A DNA stretch of 64,000 nt from Coniocarpon cinnabarinum (Eukaryota), in NCBI GenBank assembly GCA_051942205.1, contig JAVECO010000025.1, positions 1 through 64,000 of the forward strand, read 5' to 3'. The notes beneath the pieces are model-generated. The model searched no databases. It was not told where the DNA came from and saw only the letters and a list, made by a program, of their open reading frames with translations. Made by a program: the position numbers and the translations under genes. Below, piece by piece: positions 38,497 through 49,486 of the stretch (position 1 is the stretch's first letter; each line of letters starts with the position of its first letter).

Positions 38497-39636
38497 ATGA
38501 ATGAACAGAGGTGTCCAATACATTTGGATGAAGGAGGCTACCTCTGCCACGACAGTTTTTCAATTCCGGCCACCGCGGGCCGTGTTGGAGCGCATGATGC
38601 CATGCTGCCGGACACGCGTGCTCAGGCTGGCTTCGCCGTCGCTGTGTTCCCTCCTCCACGCAACCAGCGTCAGCCCTGCGAGCAAGCGGAATCTTTCCAA
38701 GACCTCCCTGGCTCGACCTTGCGGAGGGCTGTCTAGCACTGGAAACCCATTCTAGCAATAAGGCTCAGCTGCAAGTACCTTGTAGATCGCTACCCTACTC
38801 TAGATGAATAGCAAAGAAGACTTGAGCGGCGTAAGATGAGACAGTTTTATCCGTTGGAATACGTTACGGACCAAGATTGAGTTACTTAAAACATGTATCG
38901 AAAGAAGCGTTATTGCGCCACTCCATAGCCATAGAAGGGCGACTTTTCTTCCTCGACGTCTCAGCTTTCAGACCGAGGACGCAAAAGAAAAAAAGGCTTC
39001 CCGACGGCCAGTTTGTGGTCCAAGAAATTCGCAGCGGCAATTACACTACGATTTCCGGTACCACACCTCTGAGGGAAGCTACGAAGTGGATTGTCCACTT
39101 CGGACAATCCAATGATCTTCCCTCGAAGGGTCGCCTTTGGCTTGCAAAGGGACGACCACCCAGTGGGTTTGACCATAGGTTCTCTGCACGCACGGAACGC
39201 CCTTCTGTTGACACCGCTCACACGCCCGTCCCGGAATCTCGGCGTAGTTTCTACCACTAGTTGCCGAACTTTTTGCAAGACATAGGGCTTTGTACTTGTC
39301 ACATGGCTTCCGACCATCCAATTTCGACTCGTGCCGACGGAAGTCTCAGAGAAGTCCGTCTCTGCACAAGCGGGGCAGGTTCGTAGCATCAGGCAGGTCT
39401 TCAAGCAAACCTTGCGGATTGCTATCAACGCTTACGCGCAACATGTTGAGCAGAGGCGCTCTCTGGAAGCTGTGTCTGACTCCTTTTGGGGCCAAAATCT
39501 TTTCGAGCACTTGGCTCAGCCTGAGCTGAACTGGCAAGAGGGGTGGATTGTGGTGGAAGCAGCTCTTGCTGCATCGCCGAAAACGCGTCGGCCACAGCAG
39601 ATTGCTCGGACGGCGTCGCACGTTCCTGCAGCCTGA
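38497..39636 (+). pseudogene. possible decayed gene (fragmented ORFs)
   Basis: Successive protein-like fragments (38497-38736, 38877-39260, 39331-39636) broken by stops and frameshifts, without clear splice rescue. Confidence 0.3.
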
Positions 39637-40731
39637 GAGCCGCCGCGAAAGGTGGTTTCCGTCGCGGTTGCGACGGACTCCCTGTGGTGCTCGTGGAGTC
39701 GGGGAAGACATTTCGCCCCCTACTCCCTGGGAGCCCAAGCGTGACGGGGAAGGCTGTTCTCGGCTGAGAACATGCTTGCCCTTCTTGCGGCGTTTCTCCC
39801 TCGACACTTACGTCTGTGTACCAGCATCGACGCGATTTGCCGATGGTGTCACAGGCCTGTCATTTGGGTTCACGTTCCGCTGAGGGGCCTCGTGGCCAGC
39901 TGAGAGTTCGCCTGTGTAATCTCCCTCAGGAGTCCGGCGCGGTTCTGATGATGCCGTTTGCTCGCCATGTGGATGCTCTGAATAGGGTCCCACTGGCTCG
40001 CTGGCTTGCCTTTCCGAAGCAATTGCTTCAGAAATGCGCGTGAGGTGTGAGAGGACCGTATCCAAGCGTTTCTCATGGACATCGGTTGCCTGTCTCACGG
40101 CTTGCAAAGCCTTCTCGAGCGCCCGTGATGTTTCATGGGCCTGCATTCGCTCAGCATAAAGCTTGTCGCCTTGCCGCGCGAGATGTTCCACGACAAGATC
40201 TATGTCATCCACACGAGTGCGAAAAGCCGCGCACATGTCCTTGGTCACCCGATGGAAGCCTAAAATGGCATCTATCAGCGCTGGCCTCTGGTCGGAGCCT
40301 TCGAGACACTGGCGAAGTTCAACGTAGTTCTCGTGCAATCGCGCAAGAAGCCGCTGATCTAAAATTCGATGTTAGCTCTTGAAAAAAGGCTTGCAGGTGT
40401 ACAGCCACGTCGCTATTCGGGTAAACCATTTCTCAATGGCAAATTGTCGAAACAAACTGTCGAAAAGAGAACAGAAGCCTCATGACAAGCTGACGGAGCT
40501 GTGTAGGTATTTCGAAGCTTTCAGACAGTCGTACTCACTTTCTTCCTCGACCTTTCGCCAATATTCTGCACAACTTGGGTCGTGCTCGTGAGCCACGTTC
40601 CGTCGCTGCTCGCAGTTCGAGGGGCTGGGACTGGGGCTTTCGTAAAAGCTGCTGGGATGATCATCATCCTGTGCAGCCGGAGTTGGTTCAACCGGCGTTG
40701 AACGGACAGAAACAGGACGATTCTCAGTCAT
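39346..40731 (-). CDS. multi-exon coiled-coil hypothetical protein, divergent from 41077
   Basis: ATG at 40731; GTGAGT/GTAAGT donors and a GCTAAC..TTTTAG acceptor at ~40359; heptad-rich segment RTRVDDIDLVVEHLARQGDKLYAERMQAHETSRALEKALQAVRQ. Exon boundaries and 3' end uncertain. Confidence 0.5.
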
Positions 40732-41076
40732 GTTGAATACAATGATTCACTACGCTGAGGAGTTGTGCTGCGGGAGAAGGAAGTACAATGGCAGGAGCAG
40801 GATTTTCTTGTAAGTTTAAGGTGAGACTAGCGACCTCGAGCAGGCAAGCGGTGAAAACTTTCTCAAGATGCGGTACCATTTCTTCTCAGCACTTTTTCAC
40901 CTGCACTATCTCCTATGATCGAAAAAGGAAATATCGACACACCCCGTGACCGGACTTTAATGCCTATTCCCATGATGGTAGACCGCTTAACATGTTGTAA
41001 TTTTGATTCAGTCCAGGCTTGAGTACACATCATCCCTCTTTTTCCATCAACCCTCACTACAAGACGTCTGAACAGC

Positions 41077-43167
41077 ATGCATTCAGGACGTCCTAGTGGA
41101 TTATCACGCTCTCAAAGTCCTACAGAGGACATCTCCGAGTTTGCTTCGCCGGAAAGCCGGCGAGCGACAGGAAACAGTGATGATATCGAAGACGTTTCGT
41201 CGGCATGGCAAGCAGCAAGGCAGGATCTTGTGGCAAATGTCGCAGCCGACGAGCTCTCCGAGATGTCAAGCGGAATGGCCCGTGGAGGTGCAGCCCCTCT
41301 TGCTGGCCATGGGAACGTCAGCGGAGTTGAAGTAGAGGCTACGCCGGAATTTCCGTCGCAAAGCCATTTCATCCCTCAGCCTCCCCAAGGCGACGCAATG
41401 GAAGTGGATGTCGAGTCCGCAAGGGATCCGTCCCAGCGAGCCGCGTCCACGTCTCATGCCTCTAAAGGCAGTACGATGGAGGTAGACGTCGAGCCAGCTG
41501 CGAAATCATCCCAGCGAGCCGAGTCCTCTTCTGGCACTCCGATGGAGGTCGACGTCGAAGCAGTAAGGAGATCGCCACGGCGAATTTCTCCCACCTTCAG
41601 TGATCCTCAACCTCACGAACGTGAGTCAGAGGATCGCGAGTTAGCGAGCTCTGTCAGTAGCTCTGCTCCATCAGAGTCCAGCGTCTCGATGAGAGACGCG
41701 GGGGATTCTTTTGGATCCAATTCAATACCACGTGAAGTGCGGAAGGCGGCGCAATATGCGTACGCCAGCCAGCTGGCGTCCAGTGCCCCGGCCGAGCAGC
41801 AAACCGCGCGCGTCGAACCACACCGTCCCAAGGTGCAAGAGATGCTCCAAGCGTGGAGACCATTTCCCGATCATCATCCAGAAATTGGTGATTATCCGCA
41901 ATTAGCGGAGTGCATCAAGGATGTCGATCGTACCATGAGCCCCAGCGACAAAAGCTTTCTGCAGTCGCAATGGGAACTTTCACAGGCTATTGGCATCCTG
42001 GGCCAAATCCACCCAAGCGTGATGGATGCTCTCATCACAGGCACCTTGCCTCGCAAATGTGTCGAGGATGCAAGCACCACGAGCCGCATCTTTCGATGGC
42101 AACCAGAGTCCAAGAATTCTGCTGAGATTGCGAACTCGGAACTTCCATGCATATATGTCAACGTCGTGGCGAACCTCACAACGGGTGAGGGATTGCCACG
42201 GGATCACGTTGAAATGCTATGTGACGATTTTGATCTCCTCGCAGAGCAAGATCTATCTGATCGCGGAAAGAGCCTGTTGAAGCAGATCAACAATTATCTG
42301 GAGTCGCAAAAGACCCATTTTCGCGGTTTGAATGTGTTCACTCTGTCTCGGTCTTCGAAAAAGAAGCAGCAAGACCCGGAGCGCATCCGCCGAGACCACG
42401 CCCGTCACTTGCACAACTTTGCAGTGAACAATCGTCTCTCCGTAAAGGATGTCCAGGGCCAACATGGCGTTTTGACCTTCTCGGAGACTGGCCTCACGAT
42501 TCCAGGAGCCACTGACAGACTGTCAGCTCACAAGGCATTCAACCAGTCTCCGTTGTTGCTCACGCTGGTTCGTGCCATCTGCAATGTTCATTGGCCAGAC
42601 GTTTACGGGCTTTGGTATTTTGTGCCGTATCTCGCGGATTCGTGGTACAACCTCCGATTCGCGGAGGCGCTTCTTACCAACCTGACCTCGTCGTACGTCT
42701 TCGCAGGCGGCTGCAATTACCATCCAGCAGGACTCAACAGTATTGACTCCACTCAGGAATCATTCTGGCTCGGCATAAGAGAGCTGCTTTGGAGTCGAGG
42801 TGTTGTGCACAAGGTGTTTGACAATCTCGAGAATTACAAAGCATCGATCGACGCGGCCGTGAAAAGCCATGACGAGCGGCTCAAATCAAAGCAACGCGAT
42901 CGCGAACGGCGCGAGGAGTCGAATAGGCGATATGCGGAGCTCGAGAAACGTCTCGAAGCAGCAAACGCGGCCTATGATGCCTCCAAGGCCGATTTGAAGA
43001 AAGCCCTCGCGGACGGATATCGTGAGTGTGACTTGTATAAGCAGACTGCCGCGAAGTGGCAGCAAGCAAAGCAAAAGTTGGCAGATGTACAATCATCGCC
43101 AGAGATGGCGAGGTTGGAGGAGCTGCTGTTGCTCGAGGAAGCTGCGGAAATGGCTCGGCATTCATGA
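41077..43167 (+). CDS. 696-aa hypothetical protein: disordered N-terminus, GIY-YIG-like core, C-terminal coiled coil
   Basis: Intronless ORF. Motifs PCIYVN ... SETGLT ... DRLSAH ... FAEALL ... GGCNYHPAG; heptad-rich C-terminus. The ORF itself is well supported; the nuclease call is inference. Confidence 0.7.
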   Translation: MHSGRPSGLSRSQSPTEDISEFASPESRRATGNSDDIEDVSSAWQAARQDLVANVAADELSEMSSGMARGGAAPLAGHGNVSGVEVEATPEFPSQSHFIPQPPQGDAMEVDVESARDPSQRAASTSHASKGSTMEVDVEPAAKSSQRAESSSGTPMEVDVEAVRRSPRRISPTFSDPQPHERESEDRELASSVSSSAPSESSVSMRDAGDSFGSNSIPREVRKAAQYAYASQLASSAPAEQQTARVEPHRPKVQEMLQAWRPFPDHHPEIGDYPQLAECIKDVDRTMSPSDKSFLQSQWELSQAIGILGQIHPSVMDALITGTLPRKCVEDASTTSRIFRWQPESKNSAEIANSELPCIYVNVVANLTTGEGLPRDHVEMLCDDFDLLAEQDLSDRGKSLLKQINNYLESQKTHFRGLNVFTLSRSSKKKQQDPERIRRDHARHLHNFAVNNRLSVKDVQGQHGVLTFSETGLTIPGATDRLSAHKAFNQSPLLLTLVRAICNVHWPDVYGLWYFVPYLADSWYNLRFAEALLTNLTSSYVFAGGCNYHPAGLNSIDSTQESFWLGIRELLWSRGVVHKVFDNLENYKASIDAAVKSHDERLKSKQRDRERREESNRRYAELEKRLEAANAAYDASKADLKKALADGYRECDLYKQTAAKWQQAKQKLADVQSSPEMARLEELLLLEEAAEMARHS

Positions 43168-43997
43168 GATAGTACTTGCCGCAATGTTATTCAGCGTCTG
43201 ATCAGTTACAAGGGCCTATTGCCGTCGTACTCTTGCATTTTTGGCCTGCACTGTTCTTCTCGTACGCACTCGTTGTCCAGACTGGGATTCGGCAACGGCA
43301 CTTTTGTCCGTAACGTAACCCTTACCGTCATGACTGTACGCAACAAGTCATGTGTAGAATTGAGTGTTTGCATGTCGGTCGAACAGTCGGAAACTTTGCC
43401 GTTTCTCTTCACTTTTCCACTCTGCTTCTCACTTTGGACATGAGAGTGTCATTTGTGCTCGCTGTACAGAGAGCAAAATTTCACATGTAAAAGTCATCAT
43501 AAATATGATGATGTAGCAGCATCCTATTCGCCACGATCTTGCAATTTTCTTGCGCCCTTTCTCTTCACTCAGTAGGTTTCTCGTGAATTAAGTCCGCGGT
43601 GGACATTTTGTGCACGCTCTTATTGAGTCACCATTTCTCAGTTCAACACTAGGGGGAGATGAAAGCGTTGCGCACATTCAAATGATCTTCTATAATTTAC
43701 TTTAGGAGGCAAGAAAGATCCTCATGAGCCTCGAAGACACCTCGTGTTGCTCGTAAGCTGCGCTCCGTGGTCATCACACACATAATGGCGGTGCATTTCA
43801 TCGGTGCTCGTTGCTCAGAGTCTGTATATAGAAGGCATGTCAGTTCATTGGCTTGTTCCCAGACATGGCAGACGTACGCCGCTTCGAATTGTACATAGCT
43901 ACACGAGTGCGGTGTCAAGGACCTTGGCATGGAAATTCACATTGTGTTCCACTGACTAAATGTCACGATGTCAGCAACGTAGGACTCGTGTAATTGT

Positions 43998-44516
43998 CAC
44001 GTGCCTTAAAAGCGACCAATGACCTGAAGACAGAAACAAGGTTTTGTAAGTTTTGACTGTTTCCAATGGCCTTCAGATCACAAGAAAAACTCCTGGTTCC
44101 TCGCTCATTTTGAGAATCGCTGTCAGAACAAGAATTTCCGCCAAATTACCCTCAGCATTCGCTGCAGTCTTGATTCGTCAACGCGGTGCAATGCAAGATC
44201 GCTGCGAAACACGCGTCAGCTGTGTAAAATCGCAGGATTTGCAGGTGTATCACAGCAGAGGTACACTATGGCGAGATCTCCTTGGACTCGGAGGATCTGC
44301 CTGTACACTTCGGTCAAAGCTCCCAGGTCATGACTCGCTAGTACGCCTGCGGCATGTACCTAATTTGCCTCATCTTGCATGGCGCATGGCCTGCGAACGA
44401 GGCACGTGTAACAGGATGCCAGAAGAGAACGACTGACAAAGCGACCACAAACCACGCACGTCCGCCGATCTAGTCACGTCTCAATGGGGCAGCTCACAGT
44501 GTACGTGGAGCACGTG
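43998..44516 (+). promoter_or_regulatory. CACGTG E-box cluster (putative Pho4/NUC-1/PalcA sites) upstream of the acid phosphatase
   Basis: CACGTG at 43998, 44403 and 44511 (the last is CACGTGGG). Confidence 0.5.
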
Positions 44517-44797
44517 GGCCAACTCATTGGCCGGGCGCTAAGACGTTGGAGCAGAATCGGTTCAGGAACGGGGCAACGACCTGCAGCCGCAAGCCGGAAT
44601 ACGTCACCGAGATCATGGAGCCCTGGTGCCCTGGTCGTTGCGGCTTTCACCACCAGCATGGATACAAGAAAGCTTCCTGCGCAGCTCTTCCTTGCCACCC
44701 TGTGCTGCAGCGTACCCGTAGTAGCTTGCAGTGGTCGCTTGCATCTCGTTCAGGGTAGCCCAAAGCTTGCAAAGGCGAAGAGACCAGTCGTGACATA

Positions 44798-46559
44798 ATG
44801 CGGAGCTTGGCTTTTCTGACTGCCATTGGCCTGTCCAATGCGGCCGCTGTGGATATAAATAGGAGACAGGCCACGGCCACCTCGTCCGATGTGCCTGATT
44901 ACTTCCAAACAACGGCCACAGACTTCAGGGGCGAGACACCCACAGGCACTCCCGCGTTCCTTGCAGAGACCAATCCAGCACCGTTCCCAAGCACTTCTTA
45001 CATCCCGCCGCAGCCTCTTGAGACTCAGGTTCCAATACAGGGAGCACCTGCTGGCGGCAACATTTACCAGCTTCACGGTCAACTGTCGCATTATTTCCCC
45101 AACCCAGATGGCTTTGGCGTGGACGAGTTCCCTCTTCCGCCAGGTGCTAACATCAGCTACTTGTACATGCTGTCCAGACACGGGTCACGATATCCGACTT
45201 CAACACCCTCGGTGGTTGGCAAGATCTTGAATGCGACCAGTTTCACGGCATCCGGTGACCTCGCTTTCCTCAATGACTGGACCTACAAGCTTGGTGAAGC
45301 TATCCTGGTGCCCATTGGCAAGCAAGAGTGCGTCACTAGCTCCTTATCCAGCAACAACGTAATGCTAATCTGTTAGGCTCTTCGATTCGGGCACTCTCCA
45401 CCAGTACCTCTATGGCCAGCTGTACCCAAATGACGGGTCAAAGATAATCGCTCGCACGACTTCACAAGATCGTATGCTCCAGTCTGCAGAGTACTTCTTG
45501 GCAGGCTTCTTTGGTCTTCAGTGGCCGAACAATGCTAGTTTAGAAGTCATCATCGAGTCAGACGGGTACAATAATAGTCTCGCAGGCTACGGAAATTGTC
45601 CGGGGTCTAACCTGCCTCCTTCTGAGGGTGGTACGAATGCCACTACTCAGTGGTAAGTCGGTATACAGTCCCTGACACTTGACGAGCTGACACATTACGC
45701 AGGGCAAGCATTTACCTTGCAGATGCCACACAACGCATCAATAGTCAAGTTCAAGGTCTGAACTTCACTGTCTCGGACGTCTATAACATGCAATCTCTTT
45801 GCGCCTACGAGACAGTTGCTCTCGGATATTCTGCCTTCTGCGATCTCTTTACTTATGAAGAGTGGCAAGGTCAGCACAACTTTTGCATACTCGACAGGTA
45901 CCAGTGACTAACACGCAATAGGCTACGAATACTCGGTTGACATCAACTTTGCTGGCAACAACGCATTCCAATCGCCTACGGGTCGCGCTGTTGGCATTGG
46001 CTGGGCACAAGAGTTGCTAGCGCGCATGACCCACCACTTCGTCAACTCACCCGCAGGCACGCAAGTCAACACAACTCTAGACAGCATGCCGTCCACGTTT
46101 CCGACGGGCCAGGTCCTCAACTTCGACTTTTCACATGACACCAACATCATGTCTGATTTAACAGCGCTCGGGTTGACCCAGTTCGCCGATATATTGCCAG
46201 CAACTCAAATGGTGCCACACGACCTCATCGTGAGTCACTTGACGCCATTTGGTGCTCGTCTCGACATCGAAGTCATCAGCACACCTCAGCCGATTCAGCC
46301 AGAGAATTGTCTTGACTATGCTGAAGGTGGGCCGACGATGTACGTCCACTTCATCCTTAATCAACGAACGATTCCACTCAGTGCAAGCTACCGGCAGTGC
46401 GGAAACCTGCAGAATGGGTGGTGTGAGATGTCCGCTTTCTTGAATGCAACGTCGAACATTGTCGCGGAGTCACAGTTCGAGTACGCCTGTTTCACTAACT
46501 ACTCGAGTGTGCCGTATGGGACGCTCACGAATGGTGTGCCGCAACCGTCAGGCTCTTAG
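44798..46559 (+). CDS. secreted histidine acid phosphatase / 3-phytase family
   Basis: Signal peptide, RHGSRYP, FDFSHDTNI; introns 45328-45376, 45653-45702, 45870-45921. Confidence 0.94.
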
Positions 46560-46720
46560 GTGGAGCTTGCTGGTATACATCGAACCGAAATGGTGGAAGC
46601 TGTAATCAATTACGTGTTGAGGCCTGATTGTGCGACGCTGTACAGACACGTATGCATCTACTTAAAATTGATACACTGGATGGTGGCATATATCTCGTGA
46701 CCCCTTTTGGCATCTCACTC

Positions 46721-47071
46721 GGCAACGGCTAGGGACAAATGTTATTGCTGGGTCTTAGCCCAAGTGACGAGCCTGTACGATCAGCACATTCTAGGTCACC
46801 ATCCCACTAGTACAACGGCGGTGGGCCTTTGTTAGAGATAAGTCGCTAAATAAAAGTGGGGCAAGTACTCAGTATCCTACTAAACCTATCCTAGGCAGTC
46901 TACCGTCAGGGTCTAGTAGGAAAGTACTTACCGCATATCAATTTAGCATTTTGTGAGTTGTAGAGAGCTTTCGCCGTGGTGCTTATAGCTTTGTAACCCG
47001 ACTTGTGCTTATCGTACAGGCTCGTCGCCTAAACTGAGATCCGGCAACGGCTTTCGTCCCTGACCCTTGCC
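46721..47071. repeat. ~350-bp imperfect foldback (MITE-like) element
   Basis: 46721-46800 vs reverse complement of 46992-47071: 56/80 identical, ungapped; inner blocks also pair (AAGTACT..TCCTACTA with TAGTAGGA.AGTACTT). Confidence 0.85.
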
Positions 47072-47165
47072 ATGCGATGGCTATGAGCTTTTTGATGTCC
47101 AGGCGTTACCGAAAATTATCGTGGCAGAGGACGCTTGCGAAAATTTGGGTATCTGTTAGGTGCCA

Positions 47166-48510
47166 TCAGGACTGTACAGAAGGATACTTTGACGTATCCA
47201 GCAGGCTCAGCCAGTTGAAGATCATCATCGCCTTGATGATGTTGCTCCTCATGCCGGCGTGCGTGCCATCCGGGGATGTGTTCTGCGCCGTCAGATTGTA
47301 CACCCCCAAGTGCTCCATCCCACCTCCTACCTCATCATTGATCCACCGACTCATATTTTTCTCGAATCTCATGACTGCACCATTGCCTTGAGTCGACAAG
47401 AATGGCGTGGGTTTGTTCGGACCTGCCGCGTTTGGCGTCACGAACAGCCGTGGCCAGAACAATGGTGTGACTCCGTCGTCTGCTTTTGTATCGTTAAGAT
47501 AGGGCATCTTTGCCAGGATCGTCTCCTCGATCTGAGAAACCCACAGCTTGGCGAGAGACTCGTTGAAGCCGTTCCATCCGCCGTTACCATAGATGAAGGC
47601 GTAGGGTTTCGTAGGTCGCTCTTTAGGTAATGTATCCCTGAGGCCGTCGATCTGAACTTGTGCCAGCGGAGCAGAGGTGGCGATGTGGGTGAATATGGGT
47701 GCAGTACCGTTGATGGGGCAATACAGCGACGCCGGATCGCTGTTGATGGCGTAGTGCGTTGCGAAGAGCCCGTGCCAACCACATGCACTGCTCTCCCAAG
47801 CGCGCTGACAACTGCAGTCGTGTCCCTCAGGGTCCGTGATCCAGTTCGTGTTCTGTCCGCGGACCATGTCACGCCTCAACAAGAGATGCATGGCGAGTCC
47901 ACTGCTGCGGACGAGCGAGTCGCCGATCATGAAAACCATGGAGAAGCGCGAGAGAATTTCGCAAATTTCATCGTTGTTGAACCAGCGCATGTCACAACCT
48001 CGCGGTGAGTAAGGTGCGTCGATGCCCACGCGCCCGCCGTTTGACATTGCGGTGAGTAAGTCTTGTCGCTCCTGACATAGTGGATGAAAGGGCGTGTGAA
48101 GATCCAAAGAAGAGAAGCGGCATTCCGGCTCGTCACCTTTCCTGTAATCTTGAAAGGCGTCGAGGGTGTCTTGATAGCGCCCTGGAGCCTTTACAGGACC
48201 GCCCCATGGTGAGCTGGCGTCGCGTATGTAAGGGTCCTTTGAGTGGAGAAATGTCCGCTGAGATGGTGACGGCCACAGATGGCTGAGAGAATACTGTAAA
48301 TGGTGAGTTCTCTGAAAGGACTTCAAAAGCTTTGAAGGTCCAGGAAGATCAGAGAGTCGCTCGAGGTACACTTACTTCAGGTTCAAGGGTTGCTCGTGCA
48401 GCCACATCACCCTTCAGAACATACACTAGAAACAAAAATGCAGAGACGACGAGACAGACCTGAAGCGCAGAGACGCCTTGCAGATGTGAGGTAGATGCAA
48501 AACCCTTCAT
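47166..48510 (-). CDS. membrane-anchored SGNH/PC-esterase-like protein (putative O-acetyltransferase/esterase)
   Basis: N-terminal TM exon, intron 48294-48375; MIGDSLVR (GDS) and SPDGTH (DxxH) motifs, GCDMRWF. Confidence 0.7.
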
Positions 48511-49486
48511 GTCATCAAAGACCTTCCCAATTACTGCCTACATACCATCTTGAATACAACAAAACCAGGTCCTGTGCAAACTCAGGAACGGATTCCAACA
48601 TCTTCCGGGCGACGAACTTTCAGGATCTTGCCCGCGCATGTTTGATGAGCTGGAAATAAAAGAGTTTCTCACTAAGAGAATCCTACGACGCTTCCTCGGT
48701 TCGTCGGCGGCCATTGGACATCATCTCTAGGGTCAATACCCAGAGAGCGGGGAGCATGACTCGAATGGCAGGCTGTCCTGGGATAAGTCTTCTCCATGTT
48801 TCTGCAGCCCTGGGTGCCGATCGCCGAAGTGTCCAATGGTCGAGCGACGTTAGAAAGCTTGATGGCAGACACGGATTTAACCAGTGTTGGCGAGATGAAT
48901 AGTCCGGTGAGACTAAAGTGAAAAGGGGACACGGGTCGTTGAATCGAGGAACATCTGACCTGGAACTTTGTGTTTGTTGCGACTTTGCTGCCCCATGGCG
49001 GCCTCGTCGCGTTCTAGTCTTGCAACTCTACCATGGGCCGAGGTGGCCTGGCGTGTGTGTAGTTAAAGTTTGGCGACCCTTGCAGGAACTCTGCGGGGGC
49101 GAGAAGGACGGAATCAGTTCCGTGGGATTCTCGGTCTTTCTGTGTCTTGTACACTGCACGGCGAAATTGTTCGAGCAGTGCAATGTCATGACATCTAGAT
49201 GTGAATAAGCGACAGATTTCATAGCTGATTCTGTAAGTACACTTGAGTCATTGTACCCGTTTTATCTGTCTGATGAAATCTATGCTGGCACCAATCATAC
49301 CCAAAGAATCTGTACTCTCTTTTGCTGCTGATCAGCTCATGCTTCAGGCAACGTCCTGAGCCACTGAAACTCCAATACTCTTTACCTGCTTTAAATGATC
49401 CTTGATCTGCATCAGGTTTGACTGACTGGTTGAGAATAGCCCGCAGATACACATCGTCCAGATCTCCATCATCTTTTGTCCCCATA

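Noticed and set aside
48560..49480. Short ORFs between the SGNH-like gene and AHA1
   Set aside because: Consistent with divergent promoter/UTR sequence; no protein-like signal
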